This document shows, one piece after another, positions 25,839 to 39,300 of a stretch of 64,000 nt of DNA (within the stretch, counting starts at the first letter, position 1; each line of letters opens with the position of its first letter). The stretch lies in assembly GCF_000143415.4 (NCBI RefSeq), contig NW_003314372.1:123985-187984 (forward strand). Reading direction: 5' to 3'. Both the position numbers and the translations under genes were made by a program. This stretch comes from Selaginella moellendorffii (taxonomy: Eukaryota > Plantae > Lycopodiophyta). The notes under the pieces were generated by a model. That model was not told the DNA's origin, ran no database searches, and saw only the letters and a list, made by a program, of their open reading frames with translations.

Positions 25839-28800
25839 TGTCGCGAATGTGACTTCGGGTATCGAAAGTTACCTGTCGGCTAGTCCTTACGGACACTCTT
25901 ACCTTACTGCCACGATGGCAGGAGGTCGGTATTGCTGGACCCTTTATTAGTCCCTCTTATTCAAGTGTTAGTAAACTGGACTTTGCATCTGTACTTGGCC
26001 GGATGAGCATAAGGAAGGAATTCCTAAGTGTCTATTTAGCTGAGCATACTTGGCCCGGCTTGTTAGTTCTCTTTTGCTCTGTCTTGCACTGGCTTGACAA
26101 GAACCCTCGCGTATTGAGATTGGTCCCTCAATATTGCTACATGATAGCTTACCGTGTCTGCCAAACACCCTCGCTATCATGCCCTTTGTGTTAGTCTCAA
26201 TTTGTCCCAAATGCTATTTATGGAAAGTGTCCAGATTTGCTCATTTGGCATATCTACGGAATGTAGAGATCGGCCTGAACACAATGGTGTTCGTCCCGTG
26301 TCCAAATTCACAATCTAAGGACATTCCATATTTAGTAAGTTTCGAGATTGTCCCAGAGACTAACTCCTGATACTAAGGGAGGCTTGGGGTGAAAGCCCAA
26401 AGCGTGTGTTCCTCAAGGGGGGGGGGGGGGGGGGGGGGCTATGGGGGGTTCCAAATGTATAGTAGGGATAGTGGGTAGGTCGGGCATGGCCGACCAACCT
26501 GAGGCATAGTCTAGCTCCCGCTTGCGTGCCTATCCTTGTTCTGCGTCCGGCTTGGGTCTAAGCCCAAGTTCCATTCCATGCTAGTTGGTGGAGTACCCAT
26601 ACTCTCACGTTAGGCCACCGGTATGCCGAAATAGCGCCAAACTCCGTTTGGCTCCGTTTTGTGTGCTAGTCCTGGCATTGGGATGTTGGTTGCTTCAGGA
26701 CTGTTCCAAGTCGCTCCGGGCTCCTGTCCCTTCGCTCCTTGGGCTATATGCTCGGGAGTTGCTCCGTGGTCCGGTTCCATCACTCCTTGGCGTCACGCTT
26801 AGGAGTTTGGCACCGTTCCTTCGTTCAGTGGCCCAAGGCCCTGAACCTCGGGTTCCTATGGACACGTGGCATGGACACGTGGTATGTGACATGTGGCATC
26901 TGTCACGTGGCACAAAGAGGGTTTAGGTTCCGCTTCGTGGTGTTATCCTATGGTAAATCACCATAGGATAAAGGGTCAAAACCACGTGCGCTACATTTGG
27001 TATCAAAGGATGAGTCTCAGCGAGTGCTATTCAATGAGATTGGGCAACTAGTCTCATTGCATACGCAGAGATGAAAACGATGATCTGAGTGGGTACACGT
27101 TTGGGTGCAAAGGCTTCGCAATCGTTCCTTAGGTATGTGAGCTTGCTCTTAGGCTCATAAGATGGATTTGAGTTGTTCCGGTTGCACGAGTTTGCGCTTG
27201 GGCTCGTGAGTGAGGCACATTAGCAACTCAAGGTTACACTTTGAGTTGGCAGGATTAATGTTAGCCTATCGGTGGTTCCATGAGTTGTTCCTTGTACCAT
27301 AGGTTAAAGCAACTTTCCCTGGGTTTGCTATGAGTGGCAAATAGGCTGGTCCATAGCTGTTTAGCACGGCACTAGTGGATCCTTCCTAGGCATGATTATA
27401 ATTGGATCAATCAAGACTGTAGGGAATAGTCTATTGGTTCAAGTAATCATTGCCGTGCTCTCTCATAAACTTTTCTTGGATTGAACTGAAGGCAGTGCGA
27501 AAGCAAGCTTGAGGTTTGGTCAAAGATGAGACCGAAAAGAGAGTCGTCAGGGACGAAGGATCAAATACGTAAATCATTTTCTCTTCTTGGAGAGATGATT
27601 TGCAACGAAGTGTTAACTCATTGCTTGTGTTTACATTATGCAATCAAGAGTCCCTACCTTGATGCATGTTGGAAATGATGGTCTTACAAATGGTGAGTTG
27701 TGGGATGGATAGCGGTGAAACGTTATACCATTTTGTCTAAGCTTGCTATGGAAGACTGGGGTTGCAATGCTCAATTCTTTTCCAGGGAACCTTGCTATTG
27801 CTCCTTGAGTAGCTTGGTGTTGGAATAGTTTTGAGATTGGTCGGAAAGAGAGTGGCATAAGCTTGTCTGTGTTATGAACAAAAGTTAGTGGTGTTGGGTG
27901 TCGTAAATCTCTATTGGTGGAGTGTGGCATTTATGTTGCATTTTGTCGAATCGAGTTGGCATTTGATACTCACATAAACGTTTAAAGTAATGACATAAGC
28001 CTTGCTCATTGCGTTACTCAATTGATGATCAAGTCATTGTGATTTATATCATATCCATGTGATAATGAGCAATGTGTTTACGAAGTTGCTTGGGTAAATG
28101 ATGATCAACCCCAAAGTGGTTGATGGAGAAGCTAGTCTACTTGCACGAAGTAGCATTGTAGTAGCCTTGACTGGATTCTCAATGGTGGTCCATTATGCTA
28201 AGCTTATGTTGGTACCTTGTTTCCTTGAGGGTTTGCCCATAAGGTGTTGGAAAAGGGTTATAGCATTCATTTGTTATAGCTCATCGGTTGATCCATTAGC
28301 ACTTGGAATAAATTATTGAATGGAGAAGGTGTGTAGTTGGGGCATTGACATCACTAGCACTTGTGTTAGTGGAAGTGGCATTGTTATTTCAAGTGATGAG
28401 GAATTTTTCTTGGACCTTGATTTTTCATGTCATTTATCTTGTTAGTGTTTTGGCTTCACATTGGATCTTGAAGGTGATTGAAGAAGAGTGTTAGTGCAAT
28501 GTGGATATCCGAAGATGTGGTCTTAGTGATCAAGCCTTGGATGTTCATTTTGCACTTTGCGGATGACGGTGTTGGATATCGGTTAGATGGGCAAAGATGT
28601 TCGATGCTTAAGCATGTTGTTCGATCATGAGAATTTGTGTTGAGGTGAGCCTATGTGAAGTTGTTGGTAGGAGGAAGTTGGTGAAGTCTTGAAAGTTTGC
28701 AATCCTGGACTGAGAGTCATTCTTTATCTAGGATGGGAAATTTTCCACAAATTTTCTTAGACTTTTCCAATGGCTAATCTATTGATCATTTTGTCCGAAA

Positions 28801-31800
28801 ACCATTCCGTTTTCGTAGGCCAGTACAAACTAGTGAAGGGGTTGGAGTTGACTTCGGTTAGCTTAGACCTTGGTAGGTAGTTTGTATGATGCAACCCAAA
28901 AGGGATGCTGACTTTTGGGGCTAAGGCAATTGAGTTGGATAGAGTCTGGAGTTGGTGTAGAAAAGTGGCTGTTGCGCTTTTCTAAGAAAGGTGGCCCTTG
29001 TGCCTGTCTTCTATAGTGTTCTGCTTAGTGGTAGGTTGCACCTTGCATTTCATTAAACTCTATGAGAGTAGTGAGCTCTCACTGATCTTGACTTGGTCTT
29101 GGTGGCCTTGCGCCTTGGCTGAGGATGGTGATGTCCAACTTAGTTGTTTGAGTTTGAGATGTTGGTACCCATACTATAGCTTTGTCTATGAGGAGGTTGT
29201 GTACCAATATAGATCCATCTCATGGTCTTCACTTTAGTTTCAGCTGAGTGTTGATCATGCATAGCTAGCCTCTTCAAAGCATGCTCAGAGCTATTGGCTA
29301 AATGCATTGGTGAGCTTATTGCAGTTGAGTTGGATTCGAGTGGTCATTTAGTTTGTGCTTGTCAATGAACTTTTATCTCATACCGAAGGTATCACGTTCA
29401 TGTTGGACAAGTGTATGACTCGATGACGTGAGTTTAGTGTTTGGGTCTTGTAAAGACAAGTTGAAAGAGTGATTGTTAGTTGCTTTGCGACTAATGATTG
29501 CTTGTAGACTTTGTCAAAAGACTGTTGACACTTGCTTCACTCGATGATGATTTAGCAATGATAGGTTTGCTTTACCGGATGGTGTTGCGGAGGATCGTGT
29601 CGTTAGACTTACATGGTTTTTCCATGTTGACATGTCGACTCTATCTCTGTCGATATCATTTGGTTGCATTTAGTTCGTGGTGTTAGATTTCATTGAGTCT
29701 TGGATGTGGTGACTCACTCCTTGAGGAAGTGTAATCTGTAACTGGGTTTTGCTAAAGGATTGGTCTCGGTTACTAATTAAAGTATCTTCGACCTTGGTTA
29801 GCTTGGTTGCTGGAAAGCTCCGAGTGGTGATTCACTCATGCTTTCTTCTAGCTTTGTTTTGGTGTTGATGGCATTGAAGTGATGCTTTGTCATTGACATT
29901 GTTGATATTGAGATCTGAGTGAAATGAGATATCCTTCCAAGGATTGATATTGAGTTTCATTAGTCTTGATGAATATAGTGTTGATGATTTGGCTATAGCT
30001 TTGTGTTGTTGGCATTCGTGCATTTGCTAGTTAGCAACTGTGTTGACGTTCAAATGAACTGAGTGGCAAGTTGAGTTAGTTGTGTTCTAGACGAGATTAT
30101 TTAGTAGAGGGTTGAGCTTTAGCTTTTCCTTGAAAAGTGATTTAGTCGTGGACTATGCTAACTCTACGAGAAGAAGAGTTAGTGATCGATATTAGAATGT
30201 TGAGTCCTTGCTAGATTTGAGTTCGGAATATAGCAATCATTAATGATTCTTTTTGAGCTTGTTATGAAGTGAGTTACGTCTTGCTATAGATGGATTCATG
30301 GAGGATCGTTTGATGATCACTTGTTAAGCATAGCTTCGTTATGCTTAGCTTTTGGATTGATGCAGAAATGCTCTTCATTAGCTTTGGCATTATGAAGTTT
30401 GGCTTATGGATGTGTTGAGGAAGATATTGTGGGTTGCACCATGATTTCTTCTTTAGCATTGAAGTTAGCTTCTATAAGACTCGTGATCATTATTAGGCAA
30501 GACTTAGTTATAGGCTTCTTCGAGCTTTTGGTTCTTGAGTTTTGTGCTCATTGTTCCATTTGTTTGAAGTTGTTGGGGGAAGGCATTTTGGCTCATTAGC
30601 TTCGATTGAAGTTAGTTTTTGCATCTGGCAATCATTGGTGATGATTGACTATCATCTAGGGTAGTTGATTGTCCTTATCACAAGTTTTGCTTGATTATTG
30701 TTGGTTTGGAATTATTTGCTATTCTTCGGGATGGTAGATTCTTTCTTCAACGATGATTATACATCACTACATTGATGGGCTAATTGACGATCTTTCATGA
30801 TAGTTGATTGTTCTTTTTGATGGCTTTTGGCTTTTTGCAATACCACATGTTCTTTGTGGTTTGCTCTGGATTGGTCTCTTGGGTTTAAGACATCAGTAGG
30901 ATGTTGCTAACACTTGCTTAGGCAACTTGAGTTCCTTGGTATTGTTGGCTGGGATCTATTCAGATTGGCTTTTGTGATAGTTAGCAGGCATGAGTGTTTG
31001 TTGGTCTTCCCACATTCATTCTCTTCTGTTGATTATTGCTTGAGTTAGTTTTGATAGATTTGGATGTTATTTCCTTTGGGTGATACATTCGCGAGCATTG
31101 TGCTTGTTAGTCAATGATACTTTGTGTTCTTTGAGTTCTCTCTAGTAAGTTGTTGGCTTACTGTCTGCTATCTTCGGTAGTTAAGTTTTATTATTGCGTT
31201 TACTTGATGATATACTTGCTATTGAATTTTGTTGGATGGTGCATCCTATGTTTTCCAATGATAGTGATCTTGGTGGTTCCTATACTGTAATACTAGTTTA
31301 TCGGATAATAACTTACTTGGAATACTTTTGTGTTCTAATCTAAGCTTTATTCCCTAATAATTAAATCTCTAAAATATCATTGTCTATGACTTTGATATTG
31401 TCCATCTATTGATCTTTGAGTTTGGGCCAGTATAGGCAGACTGGCTTCGGCACTTCGTGTGCATGGTGAAATCTCTAGTCATGGGGTAGCTACTGTCGAC
31501 TGGTCACATAACCCGCCTCTCTGTCGATGTTCCTTATTTCGGTGAAAGGGCGTGACCGTGTAAACAACTCTAAACTGCCTGTTGACAGTAGTCTATCTAA
31601 ACCTTACCGACGGGTTTGGTTTCTTTGCTCAGGAGGGTTGGGGCCTTTGGCTTCTCTTTCTTTGTCTCTGCGGGCAGGGGCGTATCACACTTTTGTAGCT
31701 GGGTGACACCCAGAGCAGCAAGGGTGGCTGACTCCATTAGTCATTTCTTTGTCGGCGACGGCCGGAAGGTGTCTGAGCTGGTAGCGCATCCGCGTTAGAC

Positions 31801-33096
31801 AAAGAGGTTGCCCCCTAACTCATTTAAGTTGGTGCATTTCTCACATAGTGTGAGTATCGTGAACTTTTTTCTGGAGTTGTTTCCTTGGCGGTATTCTAGA
31901 CTGGAGTATGCATATCGACGAGGACGTCGATTTTCCCAAGGGGGGGAGAGTGTCGCGAATGTGACTTCGGGTATCGAAAGTTACCTGTCGGCTAATCCTT
32001 ACGGACACTCTTACCTTACTGCCACGATGGCAGGAGGTCGGTATTGCTGGACCCTTTATTAGTCCCTCTTGTTCAAGTGTTAGTAAACTGGACTTTGCAT
32101 CTGTACTTGGCCGGATGAGCATAAGGAAGGAATTCCTAAGTGTCTATTTAGCTGAGCATACTCGGCCCGGCTTGTTAGTTCTCTTTTGCTCTGTCTTGCA
32201 CTGGCTTGACAAGAACCCTCGCGTATTGAGATTGGTCCCTCAATATTGCTACATGATAGCTTACCGTGTCTGCCAAACACCCTCGCTATCATGCCCTTTG
32301 TGTTAGTCTCAATTTGTCCCAAATGCTATTTATGGAAAGTGTCCAGATTTGCTCATTTGGCATATCTACGGAATGTAGAGATCAGCCTGAACACAATGGT
32401 GTTCGTCCCGTGTCCAAATTCACAATCTAAGGACATTCCATATTTAGTAAGTTTCGAGATTGTCCCAGAGACTAACTCTTGATACTAAGGGAGGCTTGGG
32501 GTGAAAGCCCAAAGCGTGTGTTCCTCAAGGGGGGGGGGGCTATGGGGGGTTCCAAATGTATAGTAGGGATAGTGGGTAGGTCGGGCATGGCCGACCAACC
32601 TGAGGCATAGTCTAGCTCCCGCTTGCGTGCCTATCCTTGTTCTGCGTCCGGCTTGGGTCTAAGCCCAAGTTCCATTCCATGCTAGCTGGTGGAGTACCCA
32701 TACTCTCACGTTAGGCCACCGGTATGCCGAAATAGCGCCAGACTCCGTTTGGCTCCGTTTTGTGTGCTAGTCCTGGCATTGGGATGTTGGTTGCTTCAGG
32801 ACTGTTCCAAGTCGCTCCAGGCTCCTGTCCCTTCGCTCCTTGGGCTATATGCTCGGGAGTTGCTCCGTGGTCCGGTTCCATCACTCCTTGGCGTCACACT
32901 TAGGAGTTTGGCACCGTTCCTTCGTTCAGTGGCCCAAGGCCCTGAACCTCGGGTTCCTATGGACACGTGGCATGGACACGTGGTATGTGACATGTGGCAT
33001 CTGTCACGTGGCACAAAGAGGGTTTAGGTTCCGCTTCGTGGTGTTATCCTATGGTAAATCACCATAGGATAAAGGGTCAAAACCACGTGCGCTACA
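25839..33096 (+). mobile_element. Non-autonomous LTR retrotransposon (LARD-like), 7258 bp; LTRs 25839-26995 and 31951-33096
   Basis: TG..CA LTRs near identical (9 transitions plus a G-run length difference by eye); TSD GGATT (25834-25838, 33097-33101); PBS TGGTATCAAAG (tRNA-iMet-like) at 26998; PPT AAGGGGGGGAGAG 31938-31950; no gag/pol ORF inside. Confidence 0.95.
26861..26988 (+). promoter_or_regulatory. G-box/ABRE-like cluster and hairpin at the LTR 3' end (repeated at ~32962-33089)
   Basis: CACGTG at 26863, 26876, 26904 and 26983 (incl. GACACGTGGC); 12-bp-stem palindrome TTATCCTATGGT-AAATC-ACCATAGGATAA at 26943-26971. Confidence 0.5.
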
Positions 33097-34233
33097 GGAT
33101 TGATTCTAATTACTATTTGTGGTTAGTGGTGCCTTTGATATTTATTTAACATTTTTTCCACTTTTATTATAATTATAAAACATTACCATATGACTGAGAA
33201 GCTAGAGATGCGACATAATTTATTCAGTATGTACATAGCTATATTTGATGTTAAGTTTATAATACTCACCCTTATGCTATGAAAGGATGATTGGAGTCAA
33301 TTGTAATTTTTTGTTTATTTAACTGATGGCATTGGATATGATAAAGCTCTTTCCACAGTCAATTGTTGACAATGAATATATCATTATTACTTTTGACTAC
33401 TTGACTTGGTGGGTGGAAGTTAGTGCTCTTGCTAGTGCATTTATGATTGTTATTAAATACTTCCTATAGTGTTCTAGTATTATTATTGAGAGCAAATTCT
33501 CTCAAATAATGTTCTTATATTTATGGATGAGGTATTTCACTTCTTGATGTCTTGGTTAGAGATATATTATACTTTCACAAATATTTATTATCAACAGATG
33601 GATAATTTAGTTGAACATTTCATTTATACTTTCAAAGGGATAATTGCAAAGTATGTGAACTTTTAGCACTTGAACTAAAGTGGTTATTTGCCATTTCTTT
33701 GGTATATATATGTCATGGGGATACAGAGTTCTATTGATGTTTCACCATAAAAACTCTTATTTGGTCATAATTTGATATTGTTAACAGAGTTATTACAATT
33801 GCCACAAGTTACTAATATTAAGTTCTTTAATCAATATTATATAAGCATTTTTCCACTAGTTTGAGTGGAGTTTATTGAAGACTTGGGCTATATATAAGTA
33901 AAACAATAGTGATGGTACATACAAGAAATAAAATAGATGATTTAAAATTAGTTAATCTTATAATACATGGTTTATTTAAAGGGCTTCTTGCTCAATAGAA
34001 GGCACTATATTGAGTGTTGTAGTAACTTGGACTAAGTTTATGGATTCAATATAACATTCAATAAGTTGATCCTTTAGAAATTGTACATGTAAAGTGGTTG
34101 AAGTGCTTTGTATAAAAGAATTAAGAACAAGTTGCACCACCTGTAAATCCATTAGTGCCTCTTCTTGATGTTATTTCTAACCTATTAACTATAAGACTCT
34201 AGCTGCTTTTCATCATTTTGAGATTGAGGGTTT

Positions 34234-34236
<3 letters not shown>

Positions 34237-34288
<52 letters not shown>
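34237..34288. repeat. (TA)n microsatellite
   Basis: Perfect TA run. Confidence 0.95.
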
Positions 34289-34291
<3 letters not shown>

Positions 34292-34789
34292 CCCAACTTA
34301 TATACAAAAGCAATCAAATACCTATCAAAATCTTATTACTCTTATATTAGTATATATTATTATAGCCATGGACCTGACGTCATATCTTTCATCTCTATAT
34401 TCTATACACTCATAAATGGTATATAAATATATACACTAGTGAAATTTTGGCAAAGGCAAAACTAGAAGCTCTTTCATTAATCTTTTTACATAGTTTTAAA
34501 GAGAGAGCTATAATATTTAAAAATTATATATTTAAGTATATAATTTAAAATATATTATTATCAAAAGAACTTTTAAATATAAAACATATTTTTTTTACAT
34601 TTGGAAGAATATAGAATTTATAGCTTTTAAAATTATACATAAGAAATTTTTAAAGTATTTGGATATTTAATATAATATAATATTTATATAATTTTTTAAA
34701 TAATAATAAAATAGTATAAATCCTGCTAACATCTTATATTTACAATTTCATAACTGTTTATTTAATATAAAAGTTTTCTAATCTATTTA

Positions 34790-35677
34790 ATGATCTTAAA
34801 AATATGTATAGTAGTGTTTGCTTATATAAATTTCGTATATGGAGTAAATATAGACTGGGGGAAAAAAGAAGTTCTTAGTGAACATGATATTCAAATCATA
34901 ATTGATCAAGGTTTTTTAAATTTAACAAGAAATATAACTCATAATGGTAATTATCCAGCAAATTATAAAGATGCAAGATTGGTTGAAATTAGTAAAGGTG
35001 CTGTTTTTGTAAGGATTGAATGTTTAGGAGATAAATGTAAATCTGGTAAATCAACAAATAAACAAGTGATTGGATCAAGAATAAAATCGGGAATAAAATA
35101 TACAATAGATGAATATAAATCACTATTATTATCACAACGAGCAGATAAATGTAAAATAACATTAACAAAATATATAATTGAGTATAGTCTTCAATTTTTG
35201 TGGACTCCTCAGTTACAAAATACAAAGGCACATCCATTTCTTGATAAAGATATTCATTCTAGGCAAGATTGTGATACAAGTTTAACCACTTTAAATGCTG
35301 GTTTTCGAGAATTTTATTTATATAAAGGCAACTTCTTAATATCATCTAATGGTAGAAATACATTATATTTAAAATCAAACTGTCAACTTGTAGTTTTCTC
35401 AGGTAAAAATATTTTATGGCAATCTGAAAATATTTTCTTTTATGAAGGCAATTGTGTGCTTAGTTTACAAATTGATGGAAATCTTGTTATATATGCTGAC
35501 ACAAGAAAAGTGTTATGGTCTATAAACAAATATTGTGAGAAATGCATTTCTCTTACATATCTTATTATTGAAGATAATTGTGACTTTGTCATTTATGAAG
35601 CTTCAGCTCCAAATAATAGTTGGTGGAGAATAAAACTTAGCAATCATATAGGTTGCTTCAAAGATAGAGTCTCTTGA
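34790..35677 (+). CDS. Secreted protein with C-terminal bulb-type (GNA/B-) mannose-binding lectin domain, 295 aa, intronless, very AT-rich
   Basis: Signal peptide MILKICIVVFAYINFVYG; LYKGNFLISSNG..LYLKSNCQLVVF..ILWQS..CVLSLQIDGNLVIY..VLWS..YLIIEDNCDFVIY contains the QxDxNxVxY motif. Confidence 0.8.
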   Translation: MILKICIVVFAYINFVYGVNIDWGKKEVLSEHDIQIIIDQGFLNLTRNITHNGNYPANYKDARLVEISKGAVFVRIECLGDKCKSGKSTNKQVIGSRIKSGIKYTIDEYKSLLLSQRADKCKITLTKYIIEYSLQFLWTPQLQNTKAHPFLDKDIHSRQDCDTSLTTLNAGFREFYLYKGNFLISSNGRNTLYLKSNCQLVVFSGKNILWQSENIFFYEGNCVLSLQIDGNLVIYADTRKVLWSINKYCEKCISLTYLIIEDNCDFVIYEASAPNNSWWRIKLSNHIGCFKDRVS

Positions 35678-36329
35678 AATTATAGAATATTAAAACATTT
35701 TAAGAAAATAAATTTCTATTCTAAGCCCACTCTCTAGTCTCACTACCATATTTTTAAAACAAGAATTAAAGTTTGAGCTTTTGTCTAATTTTATATAATA
35801 ATAATTTTTACTTCACTTAACTATAAATTACTTGCACCAAAATGTCTCAAAATAGGTAATAGGGAATATTGTCAATTGGTCTAAGCTCCTTGATGGATTT
35901 TTATATTCTGTCATAAATTAATGGGAAATTCAAATATTGGGAAAAGAAGTGGATTTAGATAAGTCTTAACCTATTTATGTAGACTTACTTTTACTTTAAA
36001 AGTTTCTACCACTAAGAATTTGTATTTAAATAGTAAATATCTATTAAACTTAGCAAAGTAAAATCTTTGTTGTGAAATAAGAAAATACTCTAAGGATGGA
36101 GGTGGTAATTCTATGTTGTTTAATGCAATGACCTAAGAAGGAAGTCAAAATGCTTAGTAAAGTGTTGCAAATATGATTATAGATATCAAAAGTTACTTGA
36201 TAGCAAATCTTTTTAAATGTTCTTTTTTGATAGTAGGAGATCAATATTGTTAAACCTTTTATCAGTCTCCATCCAAATTATTTGAAAAATTGATCTTTAT
36301 GTGTGCATTTGGTTAAAAGAGTATAAAGA

Positions 36330-37431
36330 TGGAATTCCTAAGTGTTATTATGCAAGCATACTTGATCTAATTAGAAAAAAACTCATTCCTTAGTTTGCAC
36401 TTACTAGTGTTGGGAAACCCTATGAAATTAAGCTTAATTGCTCAATACTTGCTAGATAATAGCTTAACATATTTACCAAGTGTAATGCACGTGGTTTTTA
36501 CTCTTTATTCTATGGTGATTTACCATAGGATAACCATGAAGTAGAATCTAAACCCTCTTTGTGCCACGTGACAGATGCCATGTGTCATATACCATATGTG
36601 GACAGTGGTGTGGAACCCGAGTTTCAAAGCCTTGGGCCACTGAATGAAGAAATGGTACCAAACTCCTAGCATAGAGCTAAGGAGTGATGGCACTGGAGCA
36701 CAAAACAACTCCCAAGTATATAACCCAAGGAGCGAAGGGACAGGAGCACGGAGCAACTTGGAACAGTCTTAAAGCATTAAGCATCCTAATGCCAAGACTA
36801 ACATGCAAAATGGAGCCAAACGAAATTTGGTGCTATTTCAGTATACCGGTGGCCTAAAGCAAGGATATAGGTACTTCACCAGGTAGCATGGTGTGGAGCT
36901 TAGGCTTAAACCTAAACCAGACGCAAAACAAGGATAGACACGCAAATGGGAGCTATGCTTTAGGTTGGTCAACCATCCCCAACTTACCCACTATCCCTAC
37001 TATACATTTAGAACCATATCCCCCCCCTGCCTTGAAGAACACACGCTTTGGGCTTTCACCCTAATCCTCCCTTAGTTTCAAGAGTTCTATTTTTTTGTTC
37101 GATGACCGAAGGCTTTAACTTGGGTTTCACTCCATTACCCATCCAAGGGTTTAGGTTCCACTTTGGTAAAACACCATAGAGTAAAGGGAAGAATAAATTT
37201 TAATTACCAATTTGTACCATATAATGTGAGCTTTTGCTTGTTCTCATAGGATGGGTTAAGATGCACCATTTGCACAAGTTTGTGCTTGGGCTTGTGAGTG
37301 AAGCATATTAATAGTTTAAAGTTATACTTTGAGTTAGCAAGATTAATGTTAGCTTATCATTGGTTACATGAGTTATTCTATATTATTGTGAGTAAAAGTA
37401 AACCTCCCCTAAATTTGCTATGAGTGGCAAA
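36330..37431. mobile_element. Older fragments of the same LTR family: inverted LTR 3' half 36481-37085 amid plus-strand LTR/internal remnants
   Basis: 36481 TGTAATGCACGTGGTTTT.. is the reverse complement of the LTR end at 26995; 37223-37431 matches ~27135-27340. Confidence 0.8.
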
Positions 37432-37899
37432 TNNNNNNNNNNNNNNNNNNNNNNNNNNNNNNNNNNNNNNNNNNNNNNNNNNNNNNNNNNNNNNNNNNNN
37501 NNNNNNNNNNNNNNNNNNNNNNNNNNNNNNNNTATATCGAGTACACCATAGAAAGAATTAGCTATCTCATGCATGCACTTTACCAACTCTAGAGTGTTAA
37601 TCCATGAAGTATCACTATTGTTACTCTTGACAATCTCTTTTACAGTGCTATGAATTTCAATATGTAGAACATTAAACTCTCAATAAATCTTTGGCTTCCT
37701 ATCATAAAATTGTTCCTTCCCAAGAGGAACATCTATGCTACCAAAATCCATAACTTAGAACGAAGGATAGTTACGAATCACTTAAACTATTAAAGAAACA
37801 CTCAAAACCTATCCACCTTAAACACATATGCTATATCCATCTATCATAACTACTTCATAGATTATTTTGTCACAAACAAACCAAGTTTCTTCACCACCT

Positions 37900-39300
37900 T
37901 AGAACTCAAAAAGTTCTGTATAACACCTAGATTGAAAAAAATACTAAACACATTATAACCACAATACTTTAAATGTCCCCCTTGGCCTTCACAAATTAAT
38001 TACATATAGAACCATTGAGCTTTGTAGAGTTGATACAAACTCAAGACTTTAGTTTTTGAACCTTTGACATGGGATATGGAATAGCCACCATAACAAATAT
38101 TTGAGTTGTATCCATGATGAATTCTTCTATATTCCCTTTTAACATTTTTTGACCCCTTCACAAGAAGCTAATCCTTACTTTGATATCTAACCATGTAGCA
38201 ATAAAAATAATTGCCTTTTACTTTGTTTTTCTCCTATTGGTTTGAATTAAGCTTTTTAGCTATATTACCATCTTTATTCTTTGAGCCACAATGAAACAAT
38301 AGTTATTTCTTCCTTGAATATGATGCATTTGTTAGCTGATCATTATATTGACTGCCTTATAGACCATCTCATTGACCAATATTGACCAAGTTGAGTAGTA
38401 TTTTAGGCAAAAAGATTTAAGCCTTAGTGATCAATATTGCAAGAAATTTATTCTTGACCTTCTATTGCACATTCATTAAGCTCAATCCTTTAATGAAATA
38501 TCACACCTTTAGCAGTTTATTAGAGGTGCTCATGAGATTAAACAAAGACTATAGAACATGCAAGCATACATATCTAAAGATAAAGCCTCTTGCTTGATTT
38601 TAAGTAATTAGTTCATGAGATCAGCCTCTTCAATTTTTGACGAACAAAACATGGAAAACTTTTGTTAAATCAAAGTTAACTTTAGATTAACTTTGATGAA
38701 GTTCTTTCATCACAAAAAAAGCATGACCTATAAGCTTGGTCACAAAAAATCAATTTTCACTTTGTCCTAGAAGGCTTATGAGACTAAGAAATTTCCCACA
38801 TTTTCAACCAACAATCAATTTTTTCGCTCTCACAAATATCTAGTGATCTTCCATTTCACAATACTATAATCTTTGGCATGTTTGATGTATCAATGGTAAT
38901 CATAAACACAAGATTTATTTAACCCTTAAGAGTCTATATAAAATAAAAAATCCTTTATGAGATTGACAGAATCCTTAACCTCCTTAATATCACTTTGAAC
39001 CTTAGTAATTTGATATTCTTGCCACACGACCACAGAGTCTTTTCCTCCTTATCATTACTATTGCCATATTTTGCATCTACCATCCCCAAAAGAATGCATG
39101 AGCTATAAAATATTCTTGGAATAGAATGTGCATAAACATTACCTATTGCTCCCAAAAACTCACTAGAGTTCTTTTATTTTTTTTGTTTTTATTCCCAGAA
39201 AAATAAAGTGAAAAATTCACATTTGCAAACATTTGCATTTCCCATGAACTCATTCATAGGTAACCATGATATTAACTAGCACTTTATTAACACAACCCTC
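37900..39300 (-). mobile_element. Possible highly decayed LINE reverse-transcriptase remnant
   Basis: Only weak minus-strand traces (FVR..LVENV; VKIDF..AY at ~38700-38850); no ORF. Confidence 0.25.

Larger units (their letters stand above)
24380..34230 (+). mobile_element. Old decayed LTR retrotransposon (LTR end ~24766, RT and integrase remnants) interrupted by the younger element at 25839-33096
   Basis: LTR-family motif GGGG..AAATGTATAGTAAGGATAGT and terminus GTGTGCTACA; NDILI..EEH RT-like remnant ~24926; integrase-like remnants ~33270-33780; heavily mutated. Confidence 0.55.

Noticed and set aside
25968-33067. Duplicated short ORFs at 26.0-27.0 kb and 32.1-33.1 kb
   Set aside because: They are duplicated only because they lie in the two LTRs; no protein motifs.
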